Shown: positions 1 to 12,896 of the stretch, piece by piece | Layout: each line of letters starts with the position of its first letter | How positions within the stretch are numbered: position 1 is the first letter of the stretch | NCBI RefSeq assembly: GCF_022539665.2 | Contig: NC_081333.1 | Location: forward strand, 13,253,427 to 13,273,426 | DNA length: 20,000 bases | Source: Daphnia carinata | Lineage: Eukaryota | Direction: 5' to 3' | The notes under the pieces: model-generated | What the model saw: the letters and a program-made list of their open reading frames with translations, nothing else | What the model was told of the DNA's origin: nothing | Databases searched by the model: none | Translations under genes and position numbers: made by a program

Positions 1-1013
<1,013 letters not shown>

Positions 1014-1335
1014 CTGAAAAAAGACAATTAGCCAAGCAAGTAGAAGTAGGATAATGAAGAATTATCGCATACATATTACCAGAATGTTTTAAGGTGCGAC
1101 GCAACATCTGCACAACAGTCTCTTACAGTGACGATTTTCAGAATGGCGGCAAACAATATCTAGCAAATGCATCGACCACAATGACGGCGAAAAACGCGGG
1201 AATAAGTCCGGTACTTCAGAAGCAAGAGACCCCTTCCCCCCTACTGCAACGTTGCCTATTGGAAAACGGAAAACATTTAAAAAAAAAGTAATGTAATTAA
1301 ACGTTGTATTATTCAAAATTTGTATTTTCATTTTC

Positions 1336-2050
1336 AAGAATCATGAATGTGAAATTTGTTTTTTTGTAGACTTCATGGTTTTTGAGTTATTTCAAATATA
1401 AAAGTAGGTACAATAGACATTTTCGGCCCGGTCCACAACTTTTACTTCAAAATAATAATGTCAATAAAACAAGATAACTATATATGATTTAGATTGGAAA
1501 TTTAATAAGAATCACGAATATGAAATTTGTTTTTATGTAGACTTCATGGTTTTTGAGTTATTTCAAATATAAAAGTAGGTACGCTAGAAATTTAAGGCCC
1601 GACAAAACACCAAGGCCGACTTTTACCTAAAAAGTTAATATCAATAAAACTAGATAACTATATATGATTTCGGTGCTAAATTTAACAAGAATCACGAATG
1701 TGCAATTTGTTTTTATGTAGACATCATAGTTTTTGAGTTATTCCAAATATTAAAGTAGGTACGCTAGAAATATAAGGCCCGACAAAACACCAAGCCCGAC
1801 TTTTATTTTAAAAATTAATATAAATAAAACTAGATAACTATATACGATTTAGATGCTAAATTTAATAAGAATCATGAATATGAAATTTGTTTTTATGTAG
1901 ACTTGATGGTTTTTGAGTTATTTAAAATATAAAAGTTGGTGCAGTGGCCCGTTCCAGAACTTTTACTTAAAATCATAATATCAATAAAACTAGATAACTA
2001 TATATCATTTAGATTGTAAATTTAATAAGAATCATGAATATGAAATTTTT
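1336..2050. repeat. AT-rich tandem repeat, about 4 units of 160-180 bp
   Basis: The unit start 'aagaatcaYgaatRtgaaatttgttttt' recurs at 1336, 1507, 1687, 1867 and 2027 (spacings 171, 180, 180, 160). Units share the blocks 'ttttgagttatt', 'aaagtaggtac' and 'aataaaactagataactatata'. Confidence 0.95.
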
Positions 2051-2399
2051 TGTTAGTAAACAGTAACGAAACCTTACTTTAAAGATGCTTCGTCCTTAGC
2101 CGAGTCTAAAATGGTTCAACTGAATGTCATACCAATAGATGGCGATACTGTTTGTGGGACGCTTTCTGATAAAAATTCTTTAAGTTTAATTGATAATCTC
2201 TCGCGAGATCAAAAAATGCCCATATAACCTCACTGATTAAAAAATAAAAACATGAATCATTCCGATAGTTTATTTATCTTTTGCCTATAAATTGTCCATT
2301 TAAAGATAATTCAATTTCAATACTAAGTAAAATGGTAGTCAGTTTATTGGCATGCATGCTATAAGGTGTTAATACTTAACGAAAATCTGCTGGATTGCT

Positions 2400-5000
2400 T
2401 GTGCAATAATAGCAAATGCTACGTGGATTGAACCTGGAAAACACAGCGTAATTAATAAATTTAGGTATATATATCTAGGTGTTAAATAAATTAACTACTG
2501 CCTTTTCATTTGAATTAATGATAGACATTCAACCTCAATGTTTAACTTACCAACATTTGTTAATTTTAAACATAACATGCATGTACGCTGCTATTAATAT
2601 AATTTAATTACACTTTTACCTGCCCATATTGTATGTTTTCTTTCGATTAATTTCGCGATACTTACACACATCTACCTAATGCATAAAACAAACATGTGGT
2701 AAATGGGCCAGGATACATGATGTTAACGTTCATTATCTTTAAATCATCCCCAACTCACCTTTAGCCTACAAAAGTCAGGAACTTTACTAAGTTGACCCAA
2801 CTTCCTATTCAAACCTAAGCCCCATGCAAGTTAGGATTGATTAGCACAACCTACCCCAATCTACCTTACAAATTAATTTCATATTTACATCATACTACCC
2901 TCCACCATACCCCCCCCTCATTTCTGTGTAATTTTTTTTTTTAGAACTTAAAAGCTAATTTCACTTTTTTACACTTTTACAAACAAAAGCAAATATTAAA
3001 ACAGATAAGAAGTAATATAAAGCAAAATCACTGAGAAACGTGCTCAACCATCTTGTTCCGGGAACACAATCCGGAATTGGAAGCGTAAGATGCATATTGC
3101 AACATTAGGAAGTTGGGCAGCTGTACTATTCCCCTTTTTTTCTTGATCGACGAACTGCGAATAGATTAAATACATTGACCTGCAAATGTATTATCCCACG
3201 TCACTGTTTCAGGAATCAGCTCCTAGAAATGATGCTTAATTCAACTTATTTGATCATCATTGACATTTATCGAAGTGTTTACCTGTTAAGTCTTCCATAC
3301 TTTTTAAAAACCCATGTCGACTTTTATTGCCAATTTAGAACAAGTCAAGAAGAACATTATTGAAATTTTTGTTTCAATGAATTTCAAATTGTTACCCTTT
3401 GGTTAAGTGGTTCAAATCATCTATGCAAACTAGTTGTTGGAGATTTCATGGGATACAGGTTAGGTGACCTGGACTTGCTACACTGTTCATCTCCGTACTG
3501 AGGAAACTGTAGCATTCTGCATTTCTTTTCCTACGATAATTTCGTAAAGTTAGTAAAAATTTTCTGAACAATTGAAAGATTTCTGAAGCTAACAAAATGA
3601 AGTTTTTATACAATCTGACAGTTGTATGAGATCAAATACTCAAGATGAGTATTTGCAGCCAGTCGCACAGCTCACCAGTTTCTTTAGATTTGCAGTAACA
3701 ATCATCACACTTTCCTTACAAAAAAAAATATATTAATCATCAACCAAGTAATTTAAATTAAATCATTTTACCTGTTGACATGAGATCACTTCTCATGTTT
3801 CCAACAGAAAGATAATAGCATAAAAACTTGGGGGAAAAAATTTTTCAACAATGATTGTTGAAAGACTGCTGTGACAATGTGTTTGTAATTCTGGTCAGCC
3901 TGTAATAAAACACCATACTATTATAATATTACCACTAAATATAGAAATGAATATAGAGAATATCAATAAAACTAGGCATAGCATGCCAAATGTCGACACT
4001 ACAATTCCAATATTTCATGTCCCAGCAACATTCAGCGGCTAAAAAGACTATTTATAATAAAAATGGAAATGGTTTGTATAAAAGAATGACTCTCCTGCTC
4101 TACAACCACCATTCCTTACACATCCCTACAACTACCTAAAAACAAAAAAAATCTCACTTGAAAATGATACAGTAAAGTTTTAACAAAACAAAATGGTTAC
4201 CTATATAGTTTCTTCACCATCATCACTCACTCCAAAAATTGTCTCCACCTCTACATTTCTATCAAATCCTGTTGTAAGACTGGGCATCCATAATGACACG
4301 TAGAAAACTATAGATTTAATGACCATACTGATGTTCATTGCATCTAGTTAAGAATTTGAAAAAAACCTGTGCTTTAGTTCTTCTTTCTTCACAATTTTCT
4401 TCTCATGGCTTAGCTTGTTTTCAGGATTCTCATTCAACGATAGAAATTTGATTTTGAATGCTGCAATGAAATTATGACAATAAAGATTTTCTTGGGCTCC
4501 CAAGTATTTCTGTTGTTTGAAACACCAATCCCTATCAGCAAATACCCATCCTTCTCCTAATATGATATTTCAGATTCAGTTATAATAACAAGACGGTCAA
4601 TTTATATTAACACATTAAATTTAGATAAGTTTCCAAACTAACCTCAGACGAGAATTTTCCCAACAATGAATTCTTCATCGTCCATGTCACTGAGCGGAGA
4701 TGAAGCCTGATTTGACACCTTTTTTCCTTAATTATTTCAGGCATGGCAAAAAACACTTGGATTAGGAAGGCTAAGGCGGACGGATCCACATTTTTAAGCT
4801 CACCTTGCTTATGCTGGATGTTCATTCAGAGAAGAAAACTGCCCTTTTGAGTACCATGCTTCATTTTTGTCTGACAAGAGATAAACAGCATTTCTTAGAC
4901 AGGCCAATGAACGGAAATGACTTGTAGGAATCTACGAGTTAAGTTCTACGTTAACCCTAACCAATGCTAAGTTACCGGATATTTTTTTTTTCTTACCTCT
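2400..5000 (-). other. decayed multi-exon remnant, possibly transposon-derived
   Basis: Many minus-strand splice-like sites occur (plus-strand ttacc, ctcacc, cttacct near 2547, 2617, 2755, 3768, 4198, 4800, 4994). Stop-interrupted fragments include 'LTLPIPDCVPGTRWLSTF' (~3036-3090) and 'GKCDDCYCKSKETGELCDWLQ' (~3650-3716). There is no long ORF. Confidence 0.3.
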
Positions 5001-6815
5001 TGCCTAAAAATTTTGCGCCAGAATGAAGAAAGCCTTTTTCTTTCTTGTCAGTTAAGCGCCAGAAAATGCCTCATGCTTTGTTGCCATACTTTTCCAAAGC
5101 AGCCGTAATGCGAAACGAAAGCAGTAGTCGGGTCTAAACACCTGATTGGCTGTGATCCGGGGCTCACCACTCTGCCCCATGCCTGGAATGGGCCATTCAC
5201 GAGATGACGGAGACATTTTCTACACCGGGGCGGTGGCAAGGCTCGGTTCCTGGGTCACACCGATCACCCTGTCGTCATTTTAGAAGATGGCGGATTCAAT
5301 GAAACCACATTATAAAAAAAAGCCAAGGAAACATATTCATTTTCTCGCCACTTCAGCTGTTGCTGTAACAAACGAAGGAAATGACCATGGGAATTTGTTC
5401 GTCTTTTCCTTGCTTGCTGGCTTGAAGAAATAAGCCAAATTACATTTATTTGAAATGCAATTATGACTCAAACTGTGGTGCAATAGACAGTGAGCAATCC
5501 TATCAAGAGAATAACAACTGGCTGATACGCCCGAGCTTATCTTGAAACGAAACAAACAAATGTACGGGAAACAAATCCAAACCAAACAGAAATGCTATTA
5601 TCTGGCCGAACTTGAGTTGAGGTAAGCAACTTGTCAATAAAAATTGCGAAACGTGCATTAAAATTAAAGAACCAACGCGTCTTATCTCGAGGCAACGTCG
5701 AGTATGTTTGCTTCAGCTAAACACATCCACTCTACCCGTGAGATGGGAAAAGTTATATAAATCACCTTCTGACATTTAGGATTTGGTGATAATGTTCATC
5801 GTGGCAAATAAGCTGGGAAAATGCGAGTATTGAATTAAGCATTTACGGGGCAAATGATTTGGGCTGAGATGACACTGCTGGGCCTGGCTTACGTCTTGCG
5901 CATTTTGTACTCAATTTGAATGCGGCCGAAAAGAAGAACTGAATGCCGTTTGAAAGAAGAGTTATATTAATTAGCGACTTTGCCGGTACCTCGCTTTTAA
6001 TGATATCTTTCATGAATCTGGTTGCGCTAGTTGTCCTCCATCTTCAACAGCTGCGTCTAAGGTAATCAGTGTTGGTTTTATTTGGACCGGATCAAACGAG
6101 GCGGTGAACTGAGATTCACTTGTGCCAAACCGATGGTGGGGTTCGCACGCGACTTCGTCACGCGGCTTTAAGCAAAAATATTTCCAACGGGTTAACCAAA
6201 ACATTTGTAATTTCAAGTAGTTTTACTTTCCGATTAGCATCACCTACAGCGCCAACAAATATAATTTAATAAATATCCCAGGTTCATTATAGAAATAAAG
6301 CAGACGATATTCACAACATATTTAGATGAAAAGAAAAGAAGGGGGGAAGCTTCAGGAAAGATAACGAGAAAATAATGCGATAAGGTATACATGTCGAAAG
6401 TGAACAGTGCAGAGGGCAATTAGTAAAACTAGGATAAAATGCTTTACACGCAGAAAGCGTTAAAAGAAACGATTGAGATACACTGAACGAATTATTAATT
6501 CGATGCAGATCATTTGACTAGCTCTCGTCAACAAGAAAAACGTCCCGTAAAAATGATTTGAAGTAATTTTAAGGAGCAAATGAAAAAGCCTTGCTGACAT
6601 TTCACAGGGATCAACAGGTAGACGACGCGATAGCACATCATTATCTGCATTGGACTCGTAAGTTCTACTTTATGCTTTACAGACAGATAAACTGACTGAT
6701 AAACTCAAAGCGATTTCGGGTTGCAAGTGAGAGTTGTCCAGTTTTAAACGGTATTTTCCAATAGCAGCTCGTACAAGTTCTCGTCTCGCTACTTTCGGGT
6801 GCAATTAAGTCTAAA

Positions 6816-9082
6816 ATGTCATCAACTACTGCCGTAAATGTAGACGGCATCCAATTCGATAGCGATGATTTTTTGGGTAGTGGTGGTTTCAGCTCAGTGT
6901 TTCGTGGTACATATAACGGTCAAAGTGTAGCAGTCAAAAGAATAGAGAAGACAAGTGGCAGAGTTCAAGTAGTTGACAACGAGTTAAAAATTCTGCAGCA
7001 GTTAGACCATCCCAATATAGTTAAATTTGTCCACTCTGCAAGCAGTTCCGATTTCCAGTAAGATTATTACGTGATTAAATTTAAAAGAGAATTTCCATAT
7101 GATTTCTGTGATTCAGGTTCTTTGCTTTGGAATTGTGCGACGCATCACTGGCTCAAGTGTTCCTAAAGGAGGACGATCCTCGGAAATATAAAGGACCTGC
7201 ATTACCAAATAATTTCGAAGTTTTCTCCCAATTAGCCTCTGGTCTCAAATACATTCATTCACAGAATGTTATCCACCGGGACATTAAACCGCAAAACATT
7301 CTAATTTCTGGGAGACGTACTGCCCAAGGTGAAAAGATAACGATCAAGTGGGCTGATTTTGGATTGTCAAGAGCAGTGAATGCAAGAGGAACATTTACAA
7401 TGAGTGGAATCAGAGGGACTCTACTTTGGTTCTCTCCCGAAGAGATGAAAATTATGGGCGGAAACCAACGCATTGAAGATACTAGAGGCTCCACAAAAAG
7501 CGACGTATTCGCAGAAGGCCTCGTCTTTGGTTATATTCTCTTAAAAGGAAGGCATATCTACGGGGAGAATGAGTTGGAAATTATGAACAACATTATGAAA
7601 AACGAATCAGTCAATATGAGTAGTAAGTTACCTATTAAGGCAGATCATATAACATAACCATCCTAGTTAAATGTCTAAAACTTTTTAAAAATAGAAATTC
7701 ACCAGAAACATTTAGCACGTAACTTAATAGAACAAATGCTGACCAGCACACCTGATACACGAATTACATCTGAAGAAGTTGTTAATCAACTTGAAGCCAT
7801 AAAAATCAAAGTAAGCAATTCACACAAGTTTAACACATTCTTCGTCAGGCAAATTTTAATTTTCTAACAAAGGTTTTCCATTTAGTTTAGCGAAAAGCAA
7901 AAACAGCTTCATCAGCTGTCTACATGTCCCACAACAGATTATAGGAATAACATCGAATCTTTAATGCAACTCGGTGTCGACTTAAACGCAAAGGATGACG
8001 ATGGATGGAATGCGCTTCTTCTTGTGTGTCGAAAAAATTCAAGCCCACATTTAATCGATGCGATTAAGCTCTTGATCGAACTTGGCATCGACAAGGGCGC
8101 AAAGATCAACGATGGAGCGAATGCGCTTCATCTTTTGTGTCGAAACAATTCAAGTCCACATTTAATCGATGCGATTAAACTCTTGATCGAACTCGGCTTC
8201 GACAAGGACGCAAAGGAGAACATGGGATGCAATGCGCTTCATCTATTGTGTCGTAACAATTCAAGTCCACATTTAATCGATGCGATTAAACTCTTGATCG
8301 AACTCGGCATCGACAAAAACGCAAAGGACAACATGGGATGCAATGCGTTTCATTTTTTGTGTTATAACAATTCAGGCCCACATTTAATCGATGCGATTAA
8401 ACTCTTGATCGAACTCGGCTTCGAGAAAAACGCAAAAACCAACCATGGATCGAATGCGCTTCATCTTTTGTGTTATTACAATTCAGGCCCACATTTAATC
8501 GATGCCATTAAACTCTTGATCGAAATCGGCATCGACAAAAACGCAAAAACCAACGCTGGATCGAATGCGCTTCATCTTTTGTGTTATAACAATTCAAGCC
8601 CACATTTAATCGATGCGATTAAACTCTTCATCGAACTCGGCTTCGACAAGGACGCAAAGGAGAACATGGGATGCAATGCGCTTCATTTTTTGTGTTATAA
8701 CAATTCAAGCCCACATTTAATCGATGCGATTAAACTCTTGATCGAACTCGGCTTCGTCAAAAACGCAAAAACCAACGCTGGATTGAATGCGCTTCATCTT
8801 TTGTGTTATAACAATTCAGGCCCACATTTAATCGATGCAATTAAACTCTTGATCGAACTCGGCATCGACAAAAACGCAAAAGCCAACTATGGATGGAATG
8901 CGCTTCATCTTTTGTGTGAATACAGTTCAAGTCCACACATAATCGATGCGATTAAACTTTTGATCGAGCTTGGTATTGACAAAAACGCAAAAACCTCCTT
9001 TGGATGGAATGTATACGATTTGAGTCGGCGCAATCCAAATCTTAAAAACTGCAACCTGTACGAAATCTTTAAAACCGGATGA
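6816..9082 (+). CDS. IRE1-like Ser/Thr protein kinase fused to C-terminal ankyrin repeats (~686 aa, 4 exons)
   Basis: Exons 6816-7057, 7117-7622, 7695-7810 and 7886-9082 splice at GT-AG in consistent phase (2, 1, 0), totalling 2061 nt. Kinase motifs are GSGGFSSV, VAVKR, 'ALELCDASL', HRDIKPQN, ADFG, WFSPE, KSDVFAEG and 'LIEQML...PDTR'. These are followed by ankyrin repeats of the form G-x-NALHLLC...IKLLIELGxDKNAK. Confidence 0.93.
7975..9010 (+). repeat. coding tandem repeat of 111 bp (37 aa ankyrin unit), 9 full units plus a terminal partial unit
   Basis: 'aatgcgYttc' recurs every 111 nt at 8009, 8120, 8231, 8342, 8453, 8564, 8675, 8786 and 8897. Units are near-identical at the nucleotide level. 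Confidence 0.97.
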
Positions 9083-11498
9083 GGTGAATTTTCGAAGATA
9101 TTATTTATGGCAATTACAAGGATATCAAGGTTGTTTGAAAAGTCACAAAACGTGCTACGTTGCAATAAATGAGATTCTCGGCAAAATACAGCTAACTACA
9201 TAAATTGATCAATCGCAAAGAGTATTTATTTCGAGCTGTAACGTCAACGCATGTAAGTTAAATAAATTAACACTCGAAAAAATAAGGTTCTGGTCGATGG
9301 ACTACCTCACAAAGTAAGGCGCATCACATCAGCTAGAACCTGATTAAGGCGAAAGTTATAACCTAAGTGAATGGACGTGTTTGAGGAGACGTAACGAAAA
9401 ATTGATCCCTTTCTTTTAGTAATTACTTCTTTAATAAGGAAACAACTAGTTGTTTTCGTCCTCTCCTCTCGATCATTCCCTTGCCTATTATTGCAACCAT
9501 AATAAGAAATATTTTTGCTTTGCACAATTAAACGTAAGCATTAAACTGTCTAACTTGTCTGCGGAAAACAGCTTTCTCCGTTTGCTAAGCCAACTGTAAA
9601 AAGAACGACCCCACGTCCACCAACACAACTCTGTTATGGTTGGACACCGCCAGTTTGGGAGAAACATGAGTCATTGGTGAGAATGGTGTTATGCATATGG
9701 GAACTAAAGGGCAACCCAGTTCTACATCAACAACACGAAGCCAAACGGTACGTAATGTGGCATTTTGAAACGCCGACAATTATTCGCAATAGTTAATGAA
9801 GTTGAAGCAAACATATTAGGGGCGTAAAATTACCAAGGAATGCAGACTTAACAGGGAAGATGAGCGTGAAATTTCAACAACAAACACATAGCCACAATAT
9901 TAATTGAAATTTGCCAAAGTCAAATAAGTAGTGTGGTAAAGGAAACCGAGTCAACTTTGTTCTTAATCCATTTACATAATACAGAGTGCAACGAAAGATG
10001 GAAAGCGCTCCTCATTTCGTGGCAAACCGATCAAGCGGCTTGAAAAGGAACGGAACGGATGATAGGTCTGGGCTTTGTCCCGATTAAATAAACCTTCACT
10101 TAAAATATTTGTTTGTAAAAATCCGAGGAAAACGCACAAAAATCTTACAAGGAAATTGATACTTTATACAATCTAACGCGCGAGCACAGCTCTGAAGTTT
10201 TGCAAAATGTAAAGCTTGAATACAAAACTTACCTGGAAATGCACCATATATAGTCTCATTGAAAGAGGGTAATCTGCTGGTCACTACACACATTTGAGAT
10301 TTCGACTCTCCGATTTAAATGATGAACTGATTTGTGGCCCATTGTCAACTGACGTGTAAACATTCGAGCACTGATGGACAATCAGCGTGTGGTATGACGA
10401 TGTTTCCATGGTTTAGATTATTGGCCAGTTTCAAAACCAAGTGTGCCAGTTTCACCACCAGGACTCGTTGCATTCAGCAACAAACTATGCAAAAAAAAAT
10501 AGGCAAATAAAAAATCATCATTTAGTGAAAAAGAACGACATTATAAATATTTAGCTTAATACTACAGGCTAACAAATGATTTGCAGGTGGCTCTTTATTT
10601 CTAAAACATTTCCCCTCGCAACAGGCACATGTTGCAAGCAATATCGATCCAAAGTTTCCAAGTTTCTTATGATGGCCCATGAATCGAAAAATATTGAAAC
10701 CACCTTGCAAGCCTAGTCGAATGATCCACACTCTGCCTGAGATGCAACTGTTTTTAGGACAGAAATGTAACATTTTGCTTTCGCGTCAATAAACTAGTAT
10801 TGTCTAAACAAATTTACTTCATTGATTGCATGACAAATGTTCTTACCTGCTTTTATGTCCTGCAACGAAAAGGTGACAACGCTCACACATACTGGCGAAG
10901 AAGCAAACGGAAAAGGTGAATGTTTATGGGACATAAATTCACAAGGGCACATTGTGGCACTCCACCAGACCAGAGACTAAAGCATGAAGCAGTAAATAAA
11001 GAAAAATAAAAAAGAATTAATTTTGATCACAGAAATGATAAAATACAGCAAACCTGAGAATTTCAAGCAGACGAGAAATCGGCGTTTTATGACACTCACG
11101 CCATCTATGGGTAAAAAGACGAACCTTACGTCACAGCCGGGGCGGGTTTTTCATCGATTTCCATGACCGCTCAATCGAGATTTAAAAAAACGAATTCTCG
11201 TCGCCAAGGCGATGACAGTGTGAAAACAAACCGATATAAATCTTGGTCTCTTAGTGAAGAGTAGAGCTTAGATTTGATCAGTGCTTAATCTCAGTTGTCT
11301 TTCGTGGAGGCTTTAATTCAATAGTTTTACAGTGAGTGTGGTAGAAAAAGTCAAGAAATACACAACATCTAAATAGTTGTGTTGGTGTTAACAAATCACT
11401 GAAATCTATTCGTAGATTCTCAGATCGTGACATTCAAAATGGTGGACTAGATTGCCAGTCATTTGACAAATAGATCGATCGGATAGAATTAAAAAGAC

Positions 11499-12571
11499 AT
11501 GGCCGACGATATTGAGGATTTGCTTCGTGAAGTGGAAGAGAAATATTTGCCACGCCCCTTTCATTCGCAGCAGGTTAAACATTCTAAACAACCAATTCAG
11601 CCGACAACAAGTGCAATTAGCTCAGAAACTCATGGAGACAAAGACGATCGATCGGCCCCGATAGCAGTCGGGGTAACCGGGGCAACCCGAACTACAACAA
11701 GGGCTCATTCGTCTGACATTGTGTAAGTTTTGACATTAAAAATTAAACCAATTCAGCCAATAAATGTTATGATTTACATACGAAGCTGTCGTGAACTGGA
11801 AGATGAACTTTCCGATTTGCTGGATGAAGCCGGTGGAATGTCGGATGCGGCCACTGTTGGATTGCGTTGCAAACGCAGTCCTCGACGAAGTGCCAGTGCC
11901 AGGGAATTGGTTGGTACAAAACCAATCACCGGTGATCGTCTGACTTCCACCGACAAACGTCACGACTTTGCTAGTAGTAACAAAAGCGGTGCAGCTGGAT
12001 TTTCATTGGGAAACAAAGCAATGCTGACGGGGATCCGTTCCGCCCCGCCATTCGTTCATCATCACAGCAACGTAGAAACGCGTACAACTCACGTTACCAT
12101 CGATGCTGTCGTAGTTGAAAAACAAAAATGTTTCCCCATCTACGTGAGTGGCGTCATTGACAGCATAGACACCAGCCACACTGTTAGGTACGAATTTAAT
12201 TGCATTGAGTACCTTAGAAATTGATTGTAATAATCACATTTGATTTGTCAGAGTATGTACCAGTCTCCGATGCACGGGCTGTGATTTCCGAGTCAGCCAA
12301 TTTGCGTAAGTTTTTATGATTACAGACCTCTATAGAGAAATGTAGATGAATTAAATGTTAATGCAGACATTACCGATGGAGACCTGGTACGGACTACCTT
12401 TTCTTGCGCAACCACATGCCGGAATTCGATCGAGTGCGCGTCAAACTAGCCGCAGCCAAATTTTGTCGCGCTTATGCTTGCCAATGCAAATTCGTCACTG
12501 TTAAAGATCTGGTTGATTTGAACAAGCTCGGACACGAATTTGCCTCCAAGTGGATCTGCCTCGGACACTAA
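11499..12571 (+). CDS. CFAP418: cilia- and flagella-associated protein 418 (C8orf37) homolog, ~294 aa, 4 exons
   Basis: Exons 11499-11722, 11786-12187, 12252-12305 and 12367-12571 are joined by phase-2 GT-AG introns, totalling 885 nt. The N-terminus 'MADDIEDLLREVEEKY' and the C-terminal 'CTSLRCTGCDFRV...DYLFLRNHMPEF...RAYACQC...KWICLGH*' match the C8orf37 family signatures as I recall them. Confidence 0.92.
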
Positions 12572-12749
12572 ATCCCTCTCACCTTCTCTTTGTGTCTATT
12601 CTATTCTTTAGCTCGTCTACAAATTATTCGATGGCTAATGATTTAATCACGCCTTACGATAAAACTCTGCATTTAACTGAAACGTTGAACGTTTTTAGCT
12701 GGGTAATAGCATCGTAGCAAATCATGTAGATTTCCGCGCACTGTCAAAG

Positions 12750-12896
12750 TGTCGTCTGCAAATCAAGTTATCGCTATGTGATTGTTCGTTTTCACACTAG
12801 AGGGCATCACGTAACATCACTGGCTGTCGTCTGCAAATCAAGTCGATGTGAATGTTCCTATTCACACTAGAAGGCATCACGTAGCATCCCTGGCTG
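12750..12896. repeat. two-copy ~75 bp direct tandem duplication between convergent genes
   Basis: 'tgtcgtctgcaaatcaagt...ttcacactagaRggcatcacgtaRcatcMctggctg' occurs at 12750 and again at 12825. Confidence 0.9.

Noticed and set aside
1336..2050. Repeat array with variable internal segments as a CRISPR-like array
   Set aside because: Units are 160-180 bp, the variable segments are related to one another rather than unique spacers, the context is eukaryotic, and no cas genes are present.
7975..9010. 111-bp array as a TALE-like DNA-binding repeat or a CRISPR array
   Set aside because: The translation fits the ankyrin consensus in frame with a kinase, and there is no TALE repeat consensus.
6816..9082. 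Calling the gene IRE1 or RNase L
   Set aside because: It has no signal peptide, luminal, transmembrane or KEN region, and its domain order is opposite to RNase L.
10380..10522. Minus-strand C/D-box snoRNA (ATGATGA at ~10521-10515, CTGA at ~10476 and ~10385)
   Set aside because: I could not identify a terminal stem or rRNA guide sequence, and the box matches may be chance.
11730..12224. 164-aa ORF as a separate gene
   Set aside because: It is exon 2 of CFAP418 extended into the flanking introns.
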